NCBI RefSeq assembly: GCF_000142905.1
Contig: NW_013657669.1
Span: forward strand, 310,001-374,000
DNA length: 64,000 nucleotides
DNA from: Thecamonas trahens ATCC 50062
Lineage: Eukaryota > Protista > Apusomonadida
Direction: 5' to 3'
In this document: positions 19,732-29,489 of the stretch, piece after piece
Layout of the letters: each line of letters opens with the position of its first letter
Numbering within the stretch: the first letter of the stretch is position 1
Translations under genes and position numbers: made by a program
Notes under the pieces: model-generated
What the model saw: only the letters and a program-made list of their open reading frames with translations
Database searches by the model: none
Told to the model about the DNA's origin: nothing

Positions 19732-20943
19732 ATGTCAGCAAGTCAGAGCCATAGCCGGCGGGTGGTGTCGGAGAATGAGGCGTCGGCGGCGGCGTCGGCG
19801 GCCATCAAGGCCATGCGGGCAAAGAGGGCTGCCGGCGGCAAGCGACGGGGCGTGAGCATGGCAGCGGACGGCAGAGCGGTGGACCCGGAAGAGGTGGCGG
19901 CGCTGGCGGCGTACGGTGATGTGCCTGTGGGCGAGCTGCGTTCGCGGCTGGAGCATCTGCTGCAGTACCTCTCGGTCTGCGTCTCGCACCTGATGACCTA
20001 CGTCGAGTCGGTTGACGGCGCTGCGGTCTCGTCGCCGTCGGGCGACGCTGCCTCCGTCTCGCGGTTCATGGTCCGCGAGCTGGAGCAGGCTAACGCGCTC
20101 TCGGCCGACATTCGATGCCTGCTACGCGTGCTCAAACTCCGACTCGTTGGCCCGCGTGGCGTTTATGATCCCTCGCTGCTGGCGGACGAACTGCGCCGGT
20201 TCGCCACCTACGGCTCTGCCCTCGCCGATGTCCGCACCACCGTCCAGCGCCACGCCGAGTTTGCGCAGCACTCTGAAGCCTTTCCGGACGCGCCGACAGT
20301 CTCGGACCTGGCGCCGTACGACGAGGATGCAGCCGCTGCGGCAAGCACGCTCCCGGCCGAGCCTACACGCTCGCGACTCTCGTCGTTTGTCTCGTTCTTC
20401 TACCCGTCCAAAGCGCCATCGGCCGACGCTGGCTCGGCCGCCAGCCGTGAACACGATGCTGCCGTCCCACTGCTCGCCGATCCGGCGCGAGTCGGTAGCG
20501 TGGAGCTGCCGCCGGCCGGGCAAGCGCTCGAGCTTGTCTCCATTCCATACACCGAGGCCGACGCAGCGGCCGACGCAGCGGCCGAGGCAGCGCTCCGCTC
20601 CAAGTCGATCGAAGAGATCGAGTCGGACATGGCCGAGCTCCACGCCATGTTCCTCGACGTGGCGGCCATGGTCGAGCAAGATGGCGAGCAGCTGGAAGTC
20701 GCCGCCGCCAACATCGAGGAGGCCGACGCCAATGTCGAAGAGGGGACCCGCACGCTCTCGCTCGCCTCCAAGCTCGCGCACTTTGGCCTCCCGCTGGTCG
20801 GCGCAGGCGTCGGCGGCCTCCTCTTTGGTCCGGTGGGCGCCCTCGCCGGCGCCAAAGGCGCATCTGCCATGGGCGTCACCGCCGCTGGCGCCGGCCTCGG
20901 CTGGGCCTCTGTCAAGGGCATCATCAAGGCCGGCCGCCACTAG
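19732..20943 (+). CDS. STX17: Syntaxin-17-like Qa-SNARE with Gly-rich hairpin membrane anchor
   Basis: SNARE motif IEEIESDMAELHAMFLDVAAMV...NVEEGTRTLSLASK, followed by LPLVGAGVGGLLFGPVGALAGAK...AAGAGLGW, the glycine-zipper double-TM hallmark of STX17. Confidence 0.8.
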   Translation: MSASQSHSRRVVSENEASAAASAAIKAMRAKRAAGGKRRGVSMAADGRAVDPEEVAALAAYGDVPVGELRSRLEHLLQYLSVCVSHLMTYVESVDGAAVSSPSGDAASVSRFMVRELEQANALSADIRCLLRVLKLRLVGPRGVYDPSLLADELRRFATYGSALADVRTTVQRHAEFAQHSEAFPDAPTVSDLAPYDEDAAAAASTLPAEPTRSRLSSFVSFFYPSKAPSADAGSAASREHDAAVPLLADPARVGSVELPPAGQALELVSIPYTEADAAADAAAEAALRSKSIEEIESDMAELHAMFLDVAAMVEQDGEQLEVAAANIEEADANVEEGTRTLSLASKLAHFGLPLVGAGVGGLLFGPVGALAGAKGASAMGVTAAGAGLGWASVKGIIKAGRH

Positions 20944-21146
20944 CGACGTAAACAGCTAGCGCCTCGTCGGGCCGGGTGGCCAGCCATCCCCCCATCCATC
21001 ATGCCATCACTCGCACCACTCTCCCCCGCCGTCCCTGACCATCCCCACGGCCACCCACTCCTCCTCACGCCTCACACGACCACCTCCTCCCCCTCCACCC
21101 CCCCTCCGCCCTCTCCTCTTGCACCCATCACACACCCTCTTTCCTC

Positions 21147-23287
21147 ATGTGGCGCTCCGCCATCGCTGCCGTCCTCCGCCCGCTCGCCCGCCTTCCGCTC
21201 GCCTCGGCCACCTCGGGCGCGTCACGCCCGCACACCCTCGCCTCTGCCGCATCCACCTCTGCCCCTGCTGCCGCCTCGCTCGCCGGTGCACACGTTCCTC
21301 GTGCTTCCCAGCTCGCTCGCCACTGCAGCACCCAGGGCGGACGTGGTGGTCGTGGCGGCCGTAGTGGTCGTGGCGGCCGTGGTCGTGGCCGTGGCCGTGG
21401 CCGCGGTGGCCGCGGTGGTGGCTACTCGGCTCGCGGGGGAGGCCCTTCGCCGCCGCCGGCATCACCCATCCATGCCTTCAACACCAAGCTCGCCGGCATG
21501 CTCCGCTCGCAGCCGGAAAAGGTCGCCGTCGCCTTGAACCAGTTCCCGCCGCCTGCCGCGTCGGATGCGGTCGCTGCGGCGCATCGGATGGCGCCGGGGC
21601 GACGCCCGATGCCGCGCCCGAGCCCATCGTGCCTGATACACGGACGTACAACCTCGTTTTGGCTGCGCTGTCACGGACCCGGCAGCTGGAGCAGATCGAG
21701 GCAACGCTGGGTGAGATGGGGGTCGGCCAGGCGCCCCTGCCGGACGTGGTGAGCTACACCACGGCCATGTCGGCTGCGTTTAGCGCCGGAGAGTATGCCG
21801 CCGGCATGCGCTACTACGCCCAGATGAAGGACGCCGGCATCAGCCCGTCGCACATCACCTACCAAGTTCTGCTTACCTCGTTCCTCGCCCGCGGGCAGAT
21901 GCTCGCCGCGGAGCGAGTGCTTGCTGAGTACGTTCGGACCGAGGTGGCACCCAAGGCTGAGCGGATGGCCGCGCTTGACGCTGTCGCTGGCGACCACGAT
22001 GCTGAGGCGAGTGCGGCGAGCCGGAGCGCAGCAGCGCGCAGAGCCCACGAGCTGGCGGCGTCGCGGGCCAACAAATTTGCCACCTTTGTGGTCTCTGCCT
22101 ACGCCTCGTCGCGTGGAAACGACTCGCTCACCGTCAACGAGATCAGCCGTTTCCTGGACAGGCTGGTCGACGACATGGGTCTGGTCCCGGACGTCAAGCT
22201 CTACACCACCCTAGTCTCGTCCTATGCCAAGGCCGGCAAGATCGAGGCTGCAGAGGCTACCTTTAAGGTCGTCCGCGATGACGCAGCCAAGCACGGGACT
22301 CTGCTCGACGCAGCGGTCTTCAACGCGCTCCTGCACGGCTTGCTGAAGGCTCGCAGGCTCAGCGACGTCCTCGCCTACCTTCAGGACATGAACGAGGCCG
22401 GCATCACCGCGAACACGGTCACGTACTCGATTCTTTTGCAGACCCACCTGCGCGGCGGCGACTTTGCCGCCGCTGACTCGGTCTTTGACGCCTTCCGCGC
22501 CTCGGGCCTCAAGCCCGACGTCATCATGTACAACATCCTCATCGCCGGCCAGCTGCACCGAGTCAAGGCCGCCGCCCGCGCCGCTGCCGCCGCCAATACC
22601 ACGCCGGCTCCGACCGCCGAGAGCGAGCCCACGACGGATGATGCTGCGACAGCCCCGCCGCTCGACGTCGCCGCCTTTTGCCCGCAAATCCTGGAGCTTA
22701 TGAAGGCCGACGACATCGCGCCCAACGTTCGAACGCTTACCGCACTGATGGATCTTGCCGCCGCTGCAGGCGCCCCGCACCTCACCTTTGAGCTGCTCGA
22801 GGGCATGGAGTCGGCCCACGGGCTCAAGCCCAACGTCTACTCTTTCAACGTGGCGCTGCGGACTGCGCTCGCCCTTGGCGACTCGGATCGCGCCGACGCG
22901 CTGCAGGCTGCCATGCAGGACGCCAACATTTTGCCGGACGTCGTCACTTTTACCACGCTTGCCCGTTATGGCCACATTTCGGACGACCACCGGCGGTCGT
23001 TCATCTCGTTCCTTGTTGCCAAGGGCCTCAAGCCCGACCGCGGCTCGTACGCCATTGCCCTGCGCGAACTCCTAGCGGCCGGCATGGTCCAGGAGTCATG
23101 GCTCCTCTACACCTCGATGCCGCCGCACCTCCGCCGTCGCATTCTTGCCCACGGTCTCAAGTCCAAGTTTGAGGCCGCCCTCAGCTCCCTTGATGCCGCG
23201 CGCATGGACGATGGCGTCGCCCGTGACGACGCCTGCGCCGTTGTCCGCGGCGAGTGCAAGCTCGAGGACGTTGCGCCCGAGGCATAA
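21147..23287 (+). CDS. Pentatricopeptide-repeat (PPR) protein with mitochondrial-type presequence and RGG tract; -1 frameshift near 21580
   Basis: ORF 21147 starts MWRSAIAAVLRPLARL and has an RGG run. ORF 21629-23287 has PPR motifs PDTRTYNLVL, PDVVSYTTAM, PDVKLYTTLVSSYAKAG, PDVIMYNILI, PNVYSFN and PDVVTFTTL. The two ORFs join if one base is added near GCTGCGGCGCATCG. Confidence 0.88.
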
Positions 23288-23297
23288 ATACTGCGTC

Positions 23298-23516
23298 TCA
23301 TGAGCTCCCTGTCAGCCGCGCCGTCCGCGGGCCGAGCCGCGCTGTCATAGGCGCACCGGGCGGTCGGACCGGCTTGCGGTTCCTTGGCGGCCGCGCCACG
23401 CTTGCTGTTGCCGGTCGTCCTGGCCGTCCACCCGGCCGCGCTGCCACGCGTGTTCGCATCGACAACCGCGCCGCCTGCGGCGGTGACGGCTGCCGAATGC
23501 TGGTCGGCGCCTGCGC

Positions 23517-23552
<36 letters not shown>

Positions 23553-25634
23553 AATAGCCGCGGCGCGGAGTGCGCGGTTCTCTTCGCGCGCCGATCGCAG
23601 GTGCTCCTGGCACTGCTCCAGCTCGCGCCGGAGCTGGACAAACTGTGCGAACGAGCCGTGACCCTCTCGCACCACCGAAGTGAGGTCGGAGGCGCCGCCT
23701 TCGATTGGGATGCGCGGGACGGCGGCACGACGGGCGCTCGCGGCTGCAGCCCGGGCCTCTGCAGCCTCGGCGCGCGCGGCGGCAGCGGCTTCCTCTGCAG
23801 CTGCATGCGCGACGCGCGTGGTCTTGAGCGCATCCTGAAGCTCGTCGCACAAAGTGCGTACCTCGTTGATCTCAGCCGCTGCTCGCTCGGCCGACTGCTT
23901 ATGAGCAGTTGCGTCGGCAGTGGCGGCCTCAGCGGCAGCCTTGGCCTGATGGAGCTCCGACTCGAGCTCGCGGAGGCGTGCGCTTGGCACGCCTGCGCTC
24001 ATGGCGCCGGACGAGCCTCCCGAGCTCAGCGCCTGCCGCTTCTCGCGGGCAAGCTGCAGCTCGAGCCTTGCAATGTGGGCCTTGGCTTCAGTAGCAGCCT
24101 CGGCCGCGGCGGCAAGCTTAGCCTCGGCGTCGACAACGTGGCGCTGCAGGACGCTCTCGTTGTCGCGCGACTCGGCAAGCTGCTCGTTCAGTTGCTGCAC
24201 ATCCAGCGCCTGTGCCGACCGGTGAGCAGCAGCAGCAGCAGCCTTGGCCGCAGCTGCGCCAGCCGCTGCCTCGCTCTGTGCCAGCTGCCGCTTGGCCGTT
24301 GCTGCTGCCCGCTGCAGGTTGGCCGACGCCTCGGCGCGGACGGCGTCGAGCTCGGCGAGGAGCTCGCGCTCCCGAGCAGCGGCAATGGCGCGTGCTTCCA
24401 GTACACTCGCCTCGATCTGCGCCGACAAGGCGCTGGCGGCCGCATCACGCTCCGATGCAAGAACCTGTGCAGCACGAGCTGCATCGGCGCGAGCGGCGTT
24501 GGCGTCGGCAACAGCTTGCGCAAGCTCGTCGCGGTGGTTGATGCGGGCAAGCTCCGCCTCGCCGACGAGTGAGTTGAGCCGGGCAATCTGATCCTCGGCG
24601 TCGCGATTGGCGTCGAGCCATGTCTCTTTGTCCTTGGCGTACGCGGTAGTGGCTTCGGTCAGCTCGCGCTTGACTGCGTCGAGCTCAGCCTCGAGCACTT
24701 GAATCTGACTTGCCTGCGCGCGCACGTTCTCGGACGTGGCCTCGACCATGGTGTCTTTCTCGGCCTTGAGCTTGGCGATTTTGGACTCAAAGATGCGGAA
24801 GAGCTCCTGCCGGCGCTCGGCCTCGGCAGTTGCCTCGTCTCGGGCCTCGCGCAGCCGTTCCTTGAGCTCTCCAAGCTGGTTGAACCGGTCCTCGCGAGCC
24901 TTGAGGACTTGAGTCTTGAGGGCCTCGCGCTCGTCATCCCAACCGCGCCGAGCGGCAGCCTGTCGCTTCTCCACGTCCTTGGCCTCCTGCATCGCCATGT
25001 CGCGCTCGGCCTCGACCGCAGCCAGGGTACGGCGGAGGTCCGGAACAGCTGCAGCGGCCTCGGCGGCAGCCTGCAACTGCTCCATGTTACGGTGGACGGC
25101 ATCAAGCTCGGCGCGGAGGGCGGCGGCGCTGTCAGCAGCCTCGCGCTCAGCCTTGGCCGCCCGCTCCTCGGCTGCAATGCGGGCGGCTTCGGCAGCCTCG
25201 ACCTCGGCGGCAGCAACCTCCACAGCTTGGCTCAACTTGGCCGAGCTCTCCATCAACTCCTCGTACCGGCTCCGCGACGCCGCAAACTCGGTGCAGAGCG
25301 AGTCGAGCTCGGCGGCGCGGGAGTCAGCCCTGCGACGGGCCAGCGCCAGCTCGTCCTCCTGGGCGGCGCTTCGCGACTCGAGGGCCTTGACTTTGGCGCG
25401 TAGGCTCTCTATTGTCTCTGCCTGCTCAGCTATGGTGGCTGCGTCGGCCGCAGCGCGGACAGCCGCCTCTCCGGCCGCCGCCACCGCCGCCGCCTCGGCC
25501 GTCGACACCGTTGCCGCCGACGCCAGCCGGACACGCAACTCCATGGCCTCGCGCATGTACTCGTCGCGCTGGCTCTGTAGTGTCCTCCGCTCACGCATCC
25601 AGTCGCGCTGCGCTGCAGCCAGCGCGTCGGCCAT
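23298..25634 (-). CDS. Long coiled-coil protein of unknown function
   Basis: A/E/R/L-rich heptad composition over ~650 aa, then a (QT)n tract and basic tail. Start taken at MADALAAAQ, after a CA-rich leader. Confidence 0.8.
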
Positions 25635-25752
25635 GGTGTGCGGCGTGTGTGTGTGTGTGGGGAGGGAGTCGAGTGGGCGTCCGCAGCAGCAGGTGCATGA
25701 GCTCGCTCTTGGGCCACGAAACGGGGTTTGGCAATTTACGCGGGGACAGCCC

Positions 25753-26883
25753 TCATGCGGTGTCCTGGCCAAAGCGAGCGTAGACGCGGGCCCAGAGGTT
25801 GATGTAGTAGTCGTCATCGAGGACGATGGAGAGCGGGTCGACTCGGATCATGGTCTTGCGCAGTTGCGGCTCGACGGGAAGGACGTCGCCAGAGGCGGCG
25901 TCGACCGGGCAGACGATGTTGTCGACGGAGGCATCGTCTGCGTAGTTGATGTTGTCATCAAAGAAAGCTGTGGTGATGCCGGCACTGGCCGGCTCGATGA
26001 CGACCGGAAAGAACTTGCCGCCGGACGGATGCCACTTGGCCGCCGACCACGCAGAGTAGTCGTCACGGAGGGCAAACGAACCGACAGGGCCGGGCATGAG
26101 CGCGAGGAGCGCGTCGAGAAAGGTACCGTCCAGCGCAAGCATGGTTCGATCGGCGCTGACCGGCTCGCTCGTCTCCTCGCCTGAAAGATGACCGGCCTCG
26201 GAGATGACTCGCTTTTGGGTGCCGAGGACGCAGAGGCCGGCGCCGTGGCGGTGGAACGAGCCGACCTGGGTGGCTGGGTCGATCTTGTACGCCGGAAGCG
26301 AGACGCCCGGGAACCGCGGGTCGTTGCCGTCACAAAAGGCGTTGAACTGCGGGATGATCTCTGGCAGATCGGTGCCAAAGGTGCGGAAGACGAGCTTGAT
26401 GTTGAAGGGGACAACGGCGGCGGCGCGCTTGGCCTCGAGGTCGACGAGGGCCTTGAGGAACGAGGTAACAATGAGATGCTCGCCGATGCCGTCGATGAGC
26501 TTCTGGGCGGTGGCGGCAAACTGGGCGCCCGGTGCGCCGTGGCGGGTAAAGGCCTTGACGTGCTTGCGGCGGACGTCTTTGGCGGCGACGTGGCCGGCTG
26601 CGGCGCGGGTTGCGGCGACCTCGGGATGGAAGGCACGGACCCAGTCAACGTAGCTCAGCTCGGCACCGTCGGTCTCTGTCGGGCGCTCAAAAACCAGCTC
26701 CGGATGAGCGAGCTCAAAGGCGGCCGAGTCGGCCTCTGTCCCTGGTACTGTCCTCCCCCACGCCTGCTCGGCAATGACGTCGTTGACCACGTCGTCGACG
26801 GTCTTGCCGCCGGCCGGGTCTGCCATCAGAATGGTCTTGTTCACGTCCATGAACAGCACATACGTGTGTCCTTCCGCCGCCAT
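25753..26883 (-). CDS. Conserved hypothetical protein, HAD-hydrolase-like
   Basis: N-terminal hhhhD motif YVLFMDVNKT, motif II-like LVFRTFG and motif IV-like AFFDDNI. Confidence 0.6.
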   Translation of the reverse strand: MAAEGHTYVLFMDVNKTILMADPAGGKTVDDVVNDVIAEQAWGRTVPGTEADSAAFELAHPELVFERPTETDGAELSYVDWVRAFHPEVAATRAAAGHVAAKDVRRKHVKAFTRHGAPGAQFAATAQKLIDGIGEHLIVTSFLKALVDLEAKRAAAVVPFNIKLVFRTFGTDLPEIIPQFNAFCDGNDPRFPGVSLPAYKIDPATQVGSFHRHGAGLCVLGTQKRVISEAGHLSGEETSEPVSADRTMLALDGTFLDALLALMPGPVGSFALRDDYSAWSAAKWHPSGGKFFPVVIEPASAGITTAFFDDNINYADDASVDNIVCPVDAASGDVLPVEPQLRKTMIRVDPLSIVLDDDYYINLWARVYARFGQDTA

Positions 26884-27014
26884 GGGTGTTGTCTGTGGAG
26901 TCGAGTCTGTGTGTGCGGATGAGGGTTGGGAGAGGGAAAGCCCTTACTCGGTCTCTGCCCGCATCCGCACCGCCATCGGTCTCTGCCCGCACCCGCACAG
27001 CACACACACACACA

Positions 27015-27045
<31 letters not shown>

Positions 27046-27183
27046 CACCACATATCAGGTGTCCGATCGCACCAGATCAAGTGGCCGATCACACACCACG
27101 CCAGACCCTCTCCTCCTCCCTCCCCCCCCACCCCCTCCCGTGCGCCAAATCATTTTCTCCACTTACACCTCACTCTCAGCATC

Positions 27184-28320
27184 ATGTCGTCGTCGGTCTC
27201 GTCGGCGTCGCAGCTGCAAGTGGCCGACCCGGCACTGACTGCCACCATCGAGGGCCTCAAGACAGATACCAAGGACGATGCACTGCGCCTTGTCTACAAG
27301 GTCATGCCGCAGAAGATTGTGTACCTCTCAAACATCTTCCAGGTGCGCCCCACCCCCATCTCTGCCCCCCCCCCCTCGCCATGCCCTGCTCCCCCCATCC
27401 CCGGTCCATCTCCCATCCTTCCACCCCCTCACACTCACCCGGCACACACACACACACACACCCTCTACACGCAGAACCCGGCATTCAACCTCACGCTAGA
27501 GTGCATCAAGAACTTTGCCCTGCCTGAAGCTCTGCAGCCGTCGGGCGTCGAGCCCGAGCACGAGCCAGCAGCCAGCGGACCGGCTTTGGCACGATCCGAG
27601 CTGCCGCCGCTCAACGCGGTCCCGGGCATCGCCGCTGATGTCGTCGGCATGGAGACCGAGGAGTCGACGAGCGGCGCTGCGGCCGGCGGAGGCGAGGATG
27701 CGGGAAAGAAGACTGATGAGAACGGCAAGCCTGCCCTCAAGGTCGAGCTCGGGGCCAATGCAGGACTCACCGCGTCGGCGACCGGCACGCCGTCGAAGAA
27801 GCGCAAGCGCGCCGACGACGACGACGTCGCCTCGGGATCGGTTGCCGCTGTCGCCGAGTACCCGCGCACACTCCCGGTGCCGTCGAACGCCGGCCTCAAG
27901 ACCATCCTCGCCATCATCAAGAAGGAGCTGCTCGAGCTCATCTACACCTGCAACACCATCAAGGTCTGGGTCCAGCTCAACATTCCGCGCATCGAGGACG
28001 GCAACAACTTTGGCGTCTCGGTCCAGGAGGAGATTGTCTCGGAGCTCTCGCGCGCCGAGGAGTCGGGCCTCAACGTTCTCGAGTCCATCACAAAGTACTT
28101 TCTCATGCGCGCTCGCGTCGTCGCAAAGATGCTCAAGTGGCGCCAGGTCGAAGATTATGCCCAGGCCATCCGCGAGCTCGACGAGAAGGAGTTTATCACC
28201 ATGAAGCTCTGCGGCCTCGACCTCCGCAACAACTACCACATCCTCTATGACCTCATCACCAAGAACATGGAGAAGCTCGCCAAGCCGCGTGATGAGTCTG
28301 GAATGGTCACCATGTACTGA
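27184..28320 (+). CDS. PSME3: Proteasome activator PA28/REG (gamma-like); intron 27343-27474
   Basis: Activation loop IPRIEDGNNFGVSVQEE, NLS PSKKRKR, C-terminal LRNNYHILYDLITKNMEKLAKPR...MY. The intron runs GTGCGC...GCAG and is C/CA-rich. Confidence 0.92.
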   Translation: MSSSVSSASQLQVADPALTATIEGLKTDTKDDALRLVYKVMPQKIVYLSNIFQVRPTPISAPPPSPCPAPPIPGPSPILPPPHTHPAHTHTHTLYTQNPAFNLTLECIKNFALPEALQPSGVEPEHEPAASGPALARSELPPLNAVPGIAADVVGMETEESTSGAAAGGGEDAGKKTDENGKPALKVELGANAGLTASATGTPSKKRKRADDDDVASGSVAAVAEYPRTLPVPSNAGLKTILAIIKKELLELIYTCNTIKVWVQLNIPRIEDGNNFGVSVQEEIVSELSRAEESGLNVLESITKYFLMRARVVAKMLKWRQVEDYAQAIRELDEKEFITMKLCGLDLRNNYHILYDLITKNMEKLAKPRDESGMVTMY

Positions 28321-28361
28321 CAAGCCTGCCACCATCCTCCGCCGCTGCCGCGCATCGGTTC

Positions 28362-29399
28362 CTATTCCCCTCGAGTAACAACCCACCGCCCCACCGCCAG
28401 CCACAGCGCTGTCACCGTCGCTGCCACGCTCCCGTTCTCGGCTGCCGTGCCGTCGCCCACGGCGCGCGCCACCTCGCAAGCGACCACCGCCATCACCCGC
28501 GCCAACGCCGCGCCCACGCCCGATGTTCTGCTCTCGCACCCACGCGCCATCCACCCCATCGCCGCCTCGGCTCCTGGCTCCCAAGCCCTGCAGCCTCCGC
28601 TGCAAGCCACCACCTCTCGATACGCCGCCTGGGCGCCCGCCGCCGCCGCCACCTCGCCCGCCCCCTGCCGCGCATCGCCATCGTCGCCGGCTCTCTCGAC
28701 AAGCCACCGCAGATCCGCCAGCGCGCCAGCCACTGCGTCGTGCCCGCCGCCCTCGCCTACGGCATTCAGTGCTGTAAGGACAGCCACGTCGGCGAGGGTC
28801 AGCTCGCTCGCGCTCCCTCGATCCGCATGCCGCTCCCATCCTGGCACCCCAGCGTCGGCCAGCGCCTCACCGGCGTCGTCCGCCGCTGCCGCGTGCGCGC
28901 GCAGAGCCGACAGACTCCGCGCCGACATCAGCGCCCGCCGCCGCTTCCTGCCCCCACCCGCCTCGCTCCGCCCGGCCGATCCACTGTGCCGCCGCCTTTT
29001 CTTGTCTGCGTGCCGGCCGTCTGCCGCCCTCCCGCCGGCCGCCGCCTCTTCGCCGCCATACGTCCCGGCCGCTACCCTCCGCTGCAGCGCACGCACCGCC
29101 CGCGGCGCCACCAGTCCGACTGGCGGCCCGGCACCGGCGGCATACCGGCTCGTCCACACCCCTGGCGCCGCCTCCCACGTCACGTGCGGAAAGGCACAGC
29201 GGGTGCACCGCGGGCCCGTCGCTTCCATCGCCACCAGCAGCGAGCACGCCGGACACGGCCAGACTCTTCGGGTGCACTCGGGGCACACCAGCCGGAGCCA
29301 CAGTCCCGGCGGCGTCGCCTCGTCGTCGCCCTCGTCCACAGCCTCCTCCCGCAAAGGTACCGACGGCACCGCTCCGCACACTGTGCACTCGGCGTTCAT
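28362..29399 (-). CDS. Hypothetical protein with N-terminal double zinc ribbon (4 x CxxC) and basic NLS-like tracts
   Basis: CTVC, CPEC, CPAC and CTRC; KKRRR and RKRRR. Confidence 0.6.
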   Translation of the reverse strand: MNAECTVCGAVPSVPLREEAVDEGDDEATPPGLWLRLVCPECTRRVWPCPACSLLVAMEATGPRCTRCAFPHVTWEAAPGVWTSRYAAGAGPPVGLVAPRAVRALQRRVAAGTYGGEEAAAGGRAADGRHADKKRRRHSGSAGRSEAGGGRKRRRALMSARSLSALRAHAAAADDAGEALADAGVPGWERHADRGSASELTLADVAVLTALNAVGEGGGHDAVAGALADLRWLVERAGDDGDARQGAGEVAAAAGAQAAYREVVACSGGCRAWEPGAEAAMGWMARGCESRTSGVGAALARVMAVVACEVARAVGDGTAAENGSVAATVTALWLAVGRWVVTRGE

Positions 29400-29489
29400 A
29401 AGAGCGCTATGCGTCCCGCTAGAGACAACGTCGAGGCTTCAACAAACCACGACCTTTTCGGGCCGTCGTGCAGGGGGCAATTTCATTGA

